Assembly (NCBI GenBank): GCA_964623495.1
Contig: CAZUTV010000004.1
Coordinates: 16,587 to 80,586 of the forward strand
DNA length: 64,000 nt
Direction: 5' to 3'
Source: Candidatus Woesearchaeota archaeon
GTDB lineage: Archaea > Nanobdellota > Nanobdellia > Pacearchaeales > GW2011-AR1
Shown: positions 25,608-32,882 of the stretch, piece by piece
Layout: each line of letters starts with the position of its first letter
How positions within the stretch are numbered: position 1 is the first letter of the stretch
The notes under the pieces: model-generated
Seen by the model: the letters and a program-made list of their open reading frames with translations, nothing else
Databases searched by the model: none
Told to the model about the DNA's origin: nothing
Position numbers and translations under genes: made by a program

Positions 25608-25787
25608 TTACTTGACAAAAGCTGCAATAACTAAAGAGATCAAAAACCCAAAAACCCCTATGATTGCTATTCCTATTGCAGAGATTTTTGCCACCTGCTC
25701 AAATTCTTTCCTTGTCGGCTTTCTCATTACCTGCCATACCCTTTTGCACTTCACAAAAAAGGATTTTGTTTTTTCTGCAATAGTCAT
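25608..25787 (-). CDS. secE: Preprotein translocase subunit SecE (Sec61 gamma), 59 aa; absent from ORF track
   Basis: MTIAEKTKSFFVKCKRVWQVMRKPTRKEFEQVAKISAIGIAIIGVFGFLISLVIAAFVK. Conserved position between ftsZ and spt5. Confidence 0.8.
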   Translation of the reverse strand: MTIAEKTKSFFVKCKRVWQVMRKPTRKEFEQVAKISAIGIAIIGVFGFLISLVIAAFVK

Positions 25788-25817
25788 TTTATAGAGAGAT
25801 TTTGTGGGTTTTTAAAA

Positions 25818-26912
25818 TTATTCAATAAACTCAATCCCAAGCTCTTCTTCAATTTCTTGGTGTTTTATACTTTCCAGAGTCTCCCCATGCCCGAGAATCT
25901 GACTGCTTTTAACGCCGGTAACTATCAACAAAACCCTTATGGATTTTTCCATGTCCGGAGCAATTTGGGCCCCCCAAATTAATTTTGCATCTGGAGAGAT
26001 TTTGTTTCCTATGGTTTCAATTATTACCTTACATTCGTCAAGACTCATATCGGGACCCCCGATAATATTAACTAAAGCTCCTGATGCATTAGAAATATCA
26101 ACGTCTAATAAAGGATTGTCAATGGCTTTTTCGACAGAATCGATGGCTCGATCAGAGCTATCAGACTCTCCCATGCCAATTAATGAAACTCCTCCGTCAA
26201 CCATAACTGCCTTTATATCTGCAAAATCTAAGTTAACTAAGCCCGTTGTTGTCACTAGTTCAGTTATGCCTTTTACTGCATTAGTTAATATTTCGTCTGC
26301 AATCTTAAACGCGGTGTGCAATGGGAGTTCTGGAGCTAACTCTAAAAGCTTATCATTAGGGATAACTATTAGTGTGTCAACAACTTCATCCATCCGTTCT
26401 AAACCCCCAACAGCATTCTCTATTCTTTTCTTGCCTTCTATAGTAAAAGGAAGTGTCACAACCCCTATTGTCAAAGCCCCGTTCTTTTTGGCAATATTCG
26501 CGATAACAGGGGCTGCTCCTGTGCCTGTTCCTCCCCCCAACCCGCAGGTTATGAAAATCATGTCGCTTCCAGAAAGCTTTTTCTTGATTTCTGCTTCAGA
26601 TTCTTTTGCAGCTTCTTCTCCTATTTTAGGGTTGCTTCCTGCCCCCAATCCTTGAGTCAACTCCCTCCCTATAAGGATCTTCTGATCCGAGTTAGTATAA
26701 AGCAAGTCCTGAGCATCCGTATTAACTGCAATTAACTCACCACCACGGATACCTATTTCTTTCATCCTATTAATAGAATTATTTCCGCCCCCACCAACCC
26801 CAACAACCTTTATTTTTGCAGATTGTTTTTTTAAGAGCTCAACTAGTTCCTTATCTATCTCCCTTATTTCTGGAGAAAGGCCTGAGATGCCCAAATCGCC
26901 CTCGTCTTTCAT
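25818..26912 (-). CDS. ftsZ: Cell division GTPase FtsZ
   Basis: GVGGGGNNSINRM and GLGGGTGTGAAPVIA tubulin signature motifs. Confidence 0.95.
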   Translation of the reverse strand: MKDEGDLGISGLSPEIREIDKELVELLKKQSAKIKVVGVGGGGNNSINRMKEIGIRGGELIAVNTDAQDLLYTNSDQKILIGRELTQGLGAGSNPKIGEEAAKESEAEIKKKLSGSDMIFITCGLGGGTGTGAAPVIANIAKKNGALTIGVVTLPFTIEGKKRIENAVGGLERMDEVVDTLIVIPNDKLLELAPELPLHTAFKIADEILTNAVKGITELVTTTGLVNLDFADIKAVMVDGGVSLIGMGESDSSDRAIDSVEKAIDNPLLDVDISNASGALVNIIGGPDMSLDECKVIIETIGNKISPDAKLIWGAQIAPDMEKSIRVLLIVTGVKSSQILGHGETLESIKHQEIEEELGIEFIE

Positions 26913-26933
26913 AAATCCACAATGAAAAGATTA

Positions 26934-26941
26934 TTTATAAG
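26934..26941 (-). promoter_or_regulatory. TATA-box candidate (plus strand reads TTTATAAG; the TATAAA core reads on both strands), 21 nt upstream of the ftsZ ATG
   Basis: Same spacing as the other boxes in this window. Confidence 0.35.
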
Positions 26942-26994
26942 GATTATTGTAGTAGTTTTATCCAAGTCTGCCCAAGCGTGGTCAGCCTAAAGAA

Positions 26995-27645
26995 TTATTG
27001 TAATTGTTTTTCCCTATTTTCTTCAAGTTCTTCTACTTTTAAATCAAGGTTAAAAACTTCCTTAAACTTATCCTTAAATAACTCAACAAATTTGGCAAAA
27101 GAAGGATCAACAGAAATAATCAGAGAATTATTTTTTACTTCAAATTTAAACTCTTTCCTGAAAAGAAAATCTATAAACGCCTTTATTTTTTCATTCAAGT
27201 CAGTAATTTTTTTTCTTACCTTAATTTTATAAATAACTATTTTTCCAGCGAGCGGACCATTAAAATCAATCATGACTCTGCCCCCAGAAACAGTCAATAC
27301 TTTGCCCATCATATTGTCAAAATTGAAAACAGCCCCGGGAATTGGATTAAGATTTTTTTCTCTGAAGATTTTTAGAGGGATGGTATGGATTAAATTGGAG
27401 TTTCTAACTCCGAAGGCTTTTTCTGGAGCGAGCTCTATATGGTAATTTCCTAATTCTTTACCGATTAGAAAATCGTCAATCGACTTAAGAAACATTCCCT
27501 GGCCCAAACAAAGGACAAAGGGTTTAGGATCAATTTTTAGATCTGTTTTAGACAGGTCTTCTTTTATATTTGAATCAAAAATCTCTCCATCTTTAATACT
27601 GCCCGTAAATTCTATCTCAATAAAGTCTCCTTTTTGAAAAGGCAT
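26995..27645 (-). CDS. FKBP-type peptidyl-prolyl cis-trans isomerase (archaeal long type with IF insert)
   Basis: KGDFIEIEFTGSIKDGEIFDSN...GRVMIDFNGPLAGK. Confidence 0.8.
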   Translation of the reverse strand: MPFQKGDFIEIEFTGSIKDGEIFDSNIKEDLSKTDLKIDPKPFVLCLGQGMFLKSIDDFLIGKELGNYHIELAPEKAFGVRNSNLIHTIPLKIFREKNLNPIPGAVFNFDNMMGKVLTVSGGRVMIDFNGPLAGKIVIYKIKVRKKITDLNEKIKAFIDFLFRKEFKFEVKNNSLIISVDPSFAKFVELFKDKFKEVFNLDLKVEELEENREKQLQ

Positions 27646-27727
27646 TAAGATAAAAAATAGGCTGTGTTTAAAAGATTATTGCTAATCAAAGGAATATGTG
27701 GATTGGGAACAAAAACCACTCAAAATC

Positions 27728-27735
27728 TTTATAAA
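27728..27735 (+). promoter_or_regulatory. TATA-box candidate (TTTATAAA), 21 nt before the aIF5A ATG
   Basis: Exact box and spacing. Confidence 0.4.
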
Positions 27736-27756
27736 CGTATTCTCTCTTCTTAGATC

Positions 27757-28143
27757 ATGGTTTTAAAATCAATTGTTGCGACAGAAGCTAAAGTTGGAAC
27801 AAACATACTGATTGATGGAATTCCGTGCACGATTAAAAGTATTGACATTAGCAAGACAGGAAAACACGGTCATTCCAAAGCAAGAATAGAGGCTGTGGGA
27901 ATCGTAAACGGAGTAAAGAAAGTCTTTGTCGTCCCGGGCCACGATAAACTAGAAGTTTCGATGGTAGATAAAAGAAAAGGGCAGGTGCTTTCTATAGGGA
28001 ACAAAATTAGCGTCATGGATCTTGAGAGTTTTGAGACTTTAGATATAGACTGTCCTGAAGAGATAAAATCAGAGTTGGATGAAAGTTCAAATGTAGAGTA
28101 CTGGGATATTGAAGGACAAAAAATAATCAAGAGGAAATTTTAA
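27757..28143 (+). CDS. eif5a: Translation initiation factor 5A (aIF5A)
   Basis: Hypusination loop SKTGKHGHSKARIEAVGI. Confidence 0.9.
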   Translation: MVLKSIVATEAKVGTNILIDGIPCTIKSIDISKTGKHGHSKARIEAVGIVNGVKKVFVVPGHDKLEVSMVDKRKGQVLSIGNKISVMDLESFETLDIDCPEEIKSELDESSNVEYWDIEGQKIIKRKF

Positions 28144-28205
28144 AAATGGCTAAAATACTTGAATTAATTAAAACAAAATACTTAAGCAGTATTTTATAAA
28201 ACGAA

Positions 28206-28367
28206 ATGGCTAAAATACTTGAAGCACAAAATAGACTTTTTAAGAATGTTTTTGTATGCAAAAGTTGCCAGACAAAAGTGAGGGCAGATCCACAAAAGAT
28301 CCTTAAAGGAAAAGTTAAATGCAGGAAATGCAAGAGAAGAGCCTTTAGACCATTGAAAAAGAAGTGA
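28206..28367 (+). CDS. rpl40e: Ribosomal protein L40e (eL40), 53 aa; absent from ORF track
   Basis: MAKILEAQNRLFKNVFVCKSCQTKVRADPQKILKGKVKCRKCKRRAFRPLKKK. C4 zinc ribbon typical of L40e. Confidence 0.75.
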   Translation: MAKILEAQNRLFKNVFVCKSCQTKVRADPQKILKGKVKCRKCKRRAFRPLKKK

Positions 28368-28369
28368 CC

Positions 28370-29779
28370 ATGAGTTTTATTGTAGTTGATCTAATTTTAT
28401 TAGTAATATTTGTTTTGCTAGTTTGGACTTTTTTAAGAAGAAACAAAAAGAACGTTAAAAAAGAAGGTTTATTCTTTTTATACAAGGCAAACTGGGGAAT
28501 AAAACTAATTAATTACGTTGGGAATAAATACAAGAGAACAATTAAGGCCTTAAGCTATGTTTCTGTTGTTTTAGGATATCTATTAACTGCAGGAATACTC
28601 TATCTCTTTTATACTATTGTCAAGATTTATTTACTGCATCCAGAGGTAGTAAGCCAGATTAAAGTTCCTCCAATAATGCCTCTTGTCCCATATATAGACA
28701 AGTTTGTTACATTTTTGCCTCCATTTTATTTTACATATTGGATAGTTATTATAGCCCTAATTGCAATTCCACATGAATTCAGCCACGGAATATTTGCAGC
28801 ATACAACAAGGTTAAGATAAAAAAGACCGGATTTGGATTTTTCCCCTTCTTTCTTCCAGTATTCCTTGCGGCTTTTGTGGAATTAGATGAAAAGGTAATG
28901 GTTAAAAGAAAAAATTTCAGCCAAAGAGCAATACTGGCTGCAGGAACATTTGCGAATGTAATCACCGCGATAATTGCCTTTGCGCTTTTAGCTATTTTCT
29001 TTTCACTGTCTTTTTCGCCATCCGGAATTGCATTCGATACATACACCAATACTCCTGTATTGGTTTCAAGCATAACCATGATAAACAATATTAGCGTAAC
29101 AAACCCCAATTTTGAAGATGTAATGAAATACTCCAAGAATGCCACATTCAACTTTATAGAGGCCAACGGAAAAAGCTATGTGGGAATTAAAGGATATAAT
29201 GAAGACAAGACTCTGATCGCATTATATGATAACGCTCCTGCAATAAACTCTGGATTAAATGGGCCAATAATGGAGATCGATGGAATTAAAATAAATAGCA
29301 TAGAAAAACTAAGTGAAGAACTTGGGAAGAAGACTCCTGGACAAACAGTTATTGTTAAGGCGAAATCAAAAGAGGGAATAAAAGATTTTGAGATAAAACT
29401 TGGTGAAAACCCAGAAAAGCCCGGGAAAGCCTGGCTTGGCGTTGGATTTATACAGCAAGATAATAGCAGATTGATAACAAAGATCGTTAATGCCGTCTCT
29501 TCATTCAAAAAACCAAACATCTATTATGAACCAAGATTTGAAATTGCCTTGTTCGTGTACAATCTCTTATGGTGGCTTGTCTTAATAAGTATCGGTGTTG
29601 CACTAATGAATATGCTTCCAATGGGCGTGTTTGACGGCGGAAGATTCTTTTACTTAACTGTTTTAGCAATAACGGGAAAAGAATCCTGGGCCAGAAAAAG
29701 CTTCAAATTTATGACAATGCTCTTTTTATTCATACTTTTCGCTTTAATGGCAATTTGGATTTGGGGTTTAATAAAATAA
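28370..29779 (+). CDS. Site-2 protease family (M50) membrane metalloprotease with PDZ domain
   Basis: HEFSHGIFA (HExxH) and NMLPMGVFDGGRF (NxxPxxxxDG). I prefer the ATG at 28370 to the GTG at 28364. Confidence 0.85.
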   Translation: MSFIVVDLILLVIFVLLVWTFLRRNKKNVKKEGLFFLYKANWGIKLINYVGNKYKRTIKALSYVSVVLGYLLTAGILYLFYTIVKIYLLHPEVVSQIKVPPIMPLVPYIDKFVTFLPPFYFTYWIVIIALIAIPHEFSHGIFAAYNKVKIKKTGFGFFPFFLPVFLAAFVELDEKVMVKRKNFSQRAILAAGTFANVITAIIAFALLAIFFSLSFSPSGIAFDTYTNTPVLVSSITMINNISVTNPNFEDVMKYSKNATFNFIEANGKSYVGIKGYNEDKTLIALYDNAPAINSGLNGPIMEIDGIKINSIEKLSEELGKKTPGQTVIVKAKSKEGIKDFEIKLGENPEKPGKAWLGVGFIQQDNSRLITKIVNAVSSFKKPNIYYEPRFEIALFVYNLLWWLVLISIGVALMNMLPMGVFDGGRFFYLTVLAITGKESWARKSFKFMTMLFLFILFALMAIWIWGLIK

Positions 29780-30136
29780 CTACAAATCAATAACTCCATC
29801 CTTAGTCAAAGCAGCAAACCTAATTCCTACCGGGAGATTTATTAGGGCAGAAATTAAAGCCATATGCTCCTTTCCATCTCCGCTTGCAATGCTTAAAGCT
29901 ACTTCTGTTCCGCTGATTTTTCCTTTAAGTTTCTTCATAAATTCTTCACGAAGATCTGCAATTTTCTTCCCTAAATCTATTTCAATGAATTCAAACGGCT
30001 TTTCATGAGTAAACTGTCTTGCAAAATTATCTCCTAAAACAATGACTTTATCCCATTCCCCATACTTAATCAATCCAGAAACCTGACCCCATGTTCCTTT
30101 TCCTGAGGATAAAAGTGCAATCAACTCCATAACCAA
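29780..30136 (-). CDS. Hypothetical protein (118 aa)
   Basis: Clean ORF with no family recognised. Confidence 0.45.
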   Translation of the reverse strand: MVMELIALLSSGKGTWGQVSGLIKYGEWDKVIVLGDNFARQFTHEKPFEFIEIDLGKKIADLREEFMKKLKGKISGTEVALSIASGDGKEHMALISALINLPVGIRFAALTKDGVIDL

Positions 30137-30178
30137 AAGATAATTAGAAAGTTTTTAAGGATTGTTGTAATAGCAAGC

Positions 30179-30186
30179 TTTATAAA
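30179..30186 (+). promoter_or_regulatory. TATA-box candidate (TTTATAAA) for the L1-L10-L12 unit
   Basis: Lies about 150 nt before the L1 ATG, implying a long leader, unlike the leaderless genes. Confidence 0.35.
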
Positions 30187-30204
30187 TTGGTTTTATCTCA
30201 AAGT

Positions 30205-30337
30205 TTTAGCCGATTGAACCATATCGTTGCAAGATACGATCTATGCTTGTGGCGCATTATATGGGAGGCAAGCGATTTCACGACAGGGGGTACTAGAATG
30301 GTTGGAGCGAGGTCGTGAGCAGAAGGAGTTAAAAAAC
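30205..30337 (+). promoter_or_regulatory. GC-enriched structured 5' leader of the L1 operon (candidate L1 autoregulatory site)
   Basis: Locally G+C-rich. Contains stems ATCGT/ACGAT and CACGAC(30279-84)/GTCGTG(30312-17) enclosing GGGGG/GGAG-rich loops. AGGAG RBS before ATG 30338. Confidence 0.35.
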
Positions 30338-30967
30338 ATGGAACTCGAAATAGAATTAAAGAAAGCTTTGGAAGAATTAAGAAAGACTGAGAAAAGAAAA
30401 TTCGATCAAACAGTTGACTTAATTATAAATCTGCAGAAATTTAATACTAAAAAAGAGTCTGTTAATATCTTTGTCCCGGTCCCTTACAGGATAAAGGAGA
30501 AAAAAATTGCCGGATTCTTGGAAGTAAAAAATCCAAAAATTGAGACAATAACCGAATCTGAATTCAAGAAATATTCTGATAAAAAAACTTTGAAAATTCT
30601 TGTAAAGAAATATGATTTTTTTATAGGGCAGGCGAGTTTAATGCCTAAGGTTGCAGCTACCTTTGGAAGAGTTCTGGGTCCTGCAGGAAAAATGCCCTCC
30701 CCTCAACTAGGGATAATTGCCGATGCAAATGAGAAAACAATAAATCAATTAAAAGAGAGGATAGACAAAAGCCTTAGACTTAGAACAAAAGATGCTAGTT
30801 TGAAGGTGGCCATAGGAAAAGAATCAATGAAGGACGAGAATATTGTTGAGAATGTCATGGCCGTTTACAATGCTGCAATAAAGGCCTTGACTAAAGGAAA
30901 AGATAATGTGAAAAATTTAGAGATTAAATTTACAATGACTAAACCTGTAAAAATAAAAGTAAAGTAA
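30338..30967 (+). CDS. rpl1: Ribosomal protein L1 (uL1)
   Basis: MELEIELKKALEELRKTEKRKFDQTVDLIINL... aligns from the first residue with archaeal L1. The track start at 30227 is a TTG within the leader. Confidence 0.9.
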   Translation: MELEIELKKALEELRKTEKRKFDQTVDLIINLQKFNTKKESVNIFVPVPYRIKEKKIAGFLEVKNPKIETITESEFKKYSDKKTLKILVKKYDFFIGQASLMPKVAATFGRVLGPAGKMPSPQLGIIADANEKTINQLKERIDKSLRLRTKDASLKVAIGKESMKDENIVENVMAVYNAAIKALTKGKDNVKNLEIKFTMTKPVKIKVK

Positions 30968-30968
30968 A

Positions 30969-31781
30969 ATGACAGAAAAAAAACAAACAAAGAAACCAAT
31001 AAAAAGTGTTCCAAAAAGGAAAATTAAGGAAGTAGAAGAATTAACCAACCTCATTAAAAATAGGAAAACGATACTTCTCGCATCAATAAAGAATATTCCT
31101 GCTTCATTACTTCAAGAACTCAGCAAGAAACTAAGGAAAACTGCAGAGATAAAAATTCCAAAGAAAAGCTTGATGTTTAGGGCGCTGGATAATTCTGGAA
31201 ATGAAGCAGTAAAAAAACTAAAAGAACAGATTAATGACAGTGTTGCTGTTTTGTTTTCGGATTTGGATTCTTTTGCACTGGCTGCAGAGCTTGTTAAAAA
31301 CAAAAGGCCTGCAAAAGCAAAGGCAGGACAAGAAGCCCCAGATGATATCGAAATCCCAGAAGGACCTACTGATTTAGTTCCCGGGCCAGCAATTACAGAA
31401 CTTGGAGCTTTGGGAATACAAATACAAATTGAAAAAGGAAAAATTCACATTAAACAATCCAAGGTAATAGTTAAGAGAGGAGAGAAGATATCTGCAAACG
31501 CCTCTGAAGTTATGAACAAGCTGGACATTAAGCCGTTCAGTATAGGATTTATCCCTTTAGCAGCCTTTGATACACAAGAAAACAAAATGTACTTGGAAAT
31601 CAGAATAGATCAAGAAGCTACACTTAAGGATCTAAAGGACAGTTTTACAAAGGCCTTGGCTTTTGCTGTAGAAATAGAATATATGAGCAAGGATACAATA
31701 AGCTTCTTAATCCAAAAGGCAGCCAGACATGAAAAAGCATTAGAAAAATTAAATGATCAAACTAAATCCGAGGGAGGTTAA
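30969..31781 (+). CDS. rpl10: Ribosomal protein L10 (uL10/P0)
   Basis: Synteny L1-L10-L12. ...TILLASIKNIPASLLQELSKKLR.... Confidence 0.85.
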   Translation: MTEKKQTKKPIKSVPKRKIKEVEELTNLIKNRKTILLASIKNIPASLLQELSKKLRKTAEIKIPKKSLMFRALDNSGNEAVKKLKEQINDSVAVLFSDLDSFALAAELVKNKRPAKAKAGQEAPDDIEIPEGPTDLVPGPAITELGALGIQIQIEKGKIHIKQSKVIVKRGEKISANASEVMNKLDIKPFSIGFIPLAAFDTQENKMYLEIRIDQEATLKDLKDSFTKALAFAVEIEYMSKDTISFLIQKAARHEKALEKLNDQTKSEGG

Positions 31782-32069
31782 ATGGAATACATTTACTCAG
31801 CTTTGTTGCTACACAAGTTAGGAAAAGAAATCAACGAACATAACGTTAAGAGCGTAGTAACAGCTACCGGTGCACATGCCGACGAGAGCAAGATAAAAAG
31901 TCTTGTTGTCAGCCTTAACGGAGTCGACATCGACAAAGAACTTGCAAACGCAAGTTTGGTTACAGCAGCACCTGCAAGTGGTGGAGCTTCTGAGGCGAAA
32001 AAAGAAGAGAAGCCAAAGGAAGAAAAATCAGCACCTGCAGCAGAAGGTCTTAGCGCGCTCTTTGGATAA
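31782..32069 (+). CDS. rpl12: Ribosomal stalk protein L12 (aP1)
   Basis: MEYIYSALLLHKLGKEINE... with C-terminal EEKSAPAAEGLSALFG. Confidence 0.9.
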   Translation: MEYIYSALLLHKLGKEINEHNVKSVVTATGAHADESKIKSLVVSLNGVDIDKELANASLVTAAPASGGASEAKKEEKPKEEKSAPAAEGLSALFG

Positions 32070-32239
32070 ATCTTTTATTTTATTTATATCTAAAGAGCTT
32101 TTTCTAGTAGAAACTTTAAATTACAAGATAATGAATATTTATTAATTGGGAGTTGTTCAGAATTATGGGCCCCTGTAGCTCTATGAGATTTCCAAACTCA
32201 AATGGAGAGTCTCGTTGCAGCAGGAGGAAAACAAAGTGG

Positions 32240-32312
32240 GCCTCTGTAGCTCAGCCAGCAGAGCGATTGATTCGTAATCAATAGGTCATGGGTGCAAATC
32301 CCATCAGAGGCT
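32240..32312 (+). tRNA. tRNA-Thr (anticodon CGU) with an unusual T-loop (G at position 55)
   Basis: GCCTCTG-TA-GCTC-AGCCAGCA-GAGC-G-ATTGA-TTCGTAA-TCAAT-AGGTC-ATGGG-TGCAAAT-CCCAT-CAGAGGC-T. Perfect 7-bp acceptor stem. Confidence 0.75.
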
Positions 32313-32342
32313 TTGCAAAACCATACCATACTAAGAGTAATA

Positions 32343-32465
32343 CGCCCCCGCCAGGAATCGAACCTGGAGGCCCGTAAGGGCCCGGTTCTCTAGTTTGGCA
32401 AACCTGACAACTTGTTCAAGTCTGTTGAACTCAAGACCGGTGCAATACCATTATGCGACGGAGGC
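32343..32465 (-). tRNA. tRNA-Ser (anticodon UGA) with a 42-nt intron at the canonical 37/38 position
   Basis: Minus strand: GCCTCCG..CCGGT-CTTGAG[intron]A-ACCGG, long variable arm GCCCTTACGGGCCT, CCAGG-TTCGATT-CCTGG, CGGGGGC-G. The mature length is 81 nt. Confidence 0.85.
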
Positions 32466-32522
32466 TCAAATAGATAATCCTAAGAATAGTTTTAAAGTTT
32501 TGCTATTGTTATCTAAGAAGAA

Positions 32523-32795
32523 TTAACTGCCAAAAATCCTTTTCCACCAAGGCTTCTTGACTTCCGGAGTTTCATCCAAGACCTCATACTTGATCTCTGG
32601 CTTTTCTCTCAAAACAGGGGCTTCTGCCGCAAGCTCTTGATTTGCTTGAACTAATGCTTCATCAACCATTGCCCTAGAATAACCCTGACTAACCAAAGCC
32701 CACTTCAAAGAATCAATAGTGTAACCTTTTTTAACATTTTTCTTTAAGTAATCAACAAGCTTCTTTTTGTATTCAGAACCTCTAACCGCTCTCAT
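32523..32795 (-). CDS. Hypothetical small protein (90 aa)
   Basis: Clean ORF with no family recognised. Confidence 0.45.
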   Translation of the reverse strand: MRAVRGSEYKKKLVDYLKKNVKKGYTIDSLKWALVSQGYSRAMVDEALVQANQELAAEAPVLREKPEIKYEVLDETPEVKKPWWKRIFGS

Positions 32796-32882
32796 TGTAA
32801 AAACCTATGCTAAAATTAGAAATTGGGAGTTTAAAAATTTATTTCTATTAGAGTATATAATTGTTACTTTATAGTTTTGAAA

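Noticed and set aside
25612-25794. 60-aa plus-strand ORF between spt5 and ftsZ.
   Set aside because: The opposite strand encodes a textbook SecE in the syntenic position.
25939-26655. Long antisense ORFs inside real genes: 238 aa within ftsZ, and similar cases at 46559..47188 in S5, 4856..5359 and 2359..2865 in the 1505-aa gene, 37473..37922 in L4 and 41917..42465 in L14/L24.
   Set aside because: Each lies fully within a gene that has strong homology or paralogy support on the other strand. Their translations are Ser/Leu/Phe-rich, as expected for the antisense of K/E-rich coding sequence.
30227-30337. N-terminal 37-aa extension of L1 from a TTG start, as given in the track.
   Set aside because: Archaeal L1 aligns from MELEIELKK at 30338, which has an AGGAG RBS. 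The upstream part reads better as a structured GC-rich leader.
32167-32237. Possible additional or split tRNA gene upstream of tRNA-Thr.
   Set aside because: Only the first 15 nt are tRNA-like. I could not build a D-arm 3' half, a T-arm or a matching acceptor 3' strand on either strand. It is reported as a partial duplicate instead.
24187-32465. tRNA-adjacent integrated element (prophage or integrative plasmid) around the three tRNA genes.
   Set aside because: No integrase, no long att-like direct repeat of a tRNA 3' end, and the flanking genes are core housekeeping genes in conserved order.
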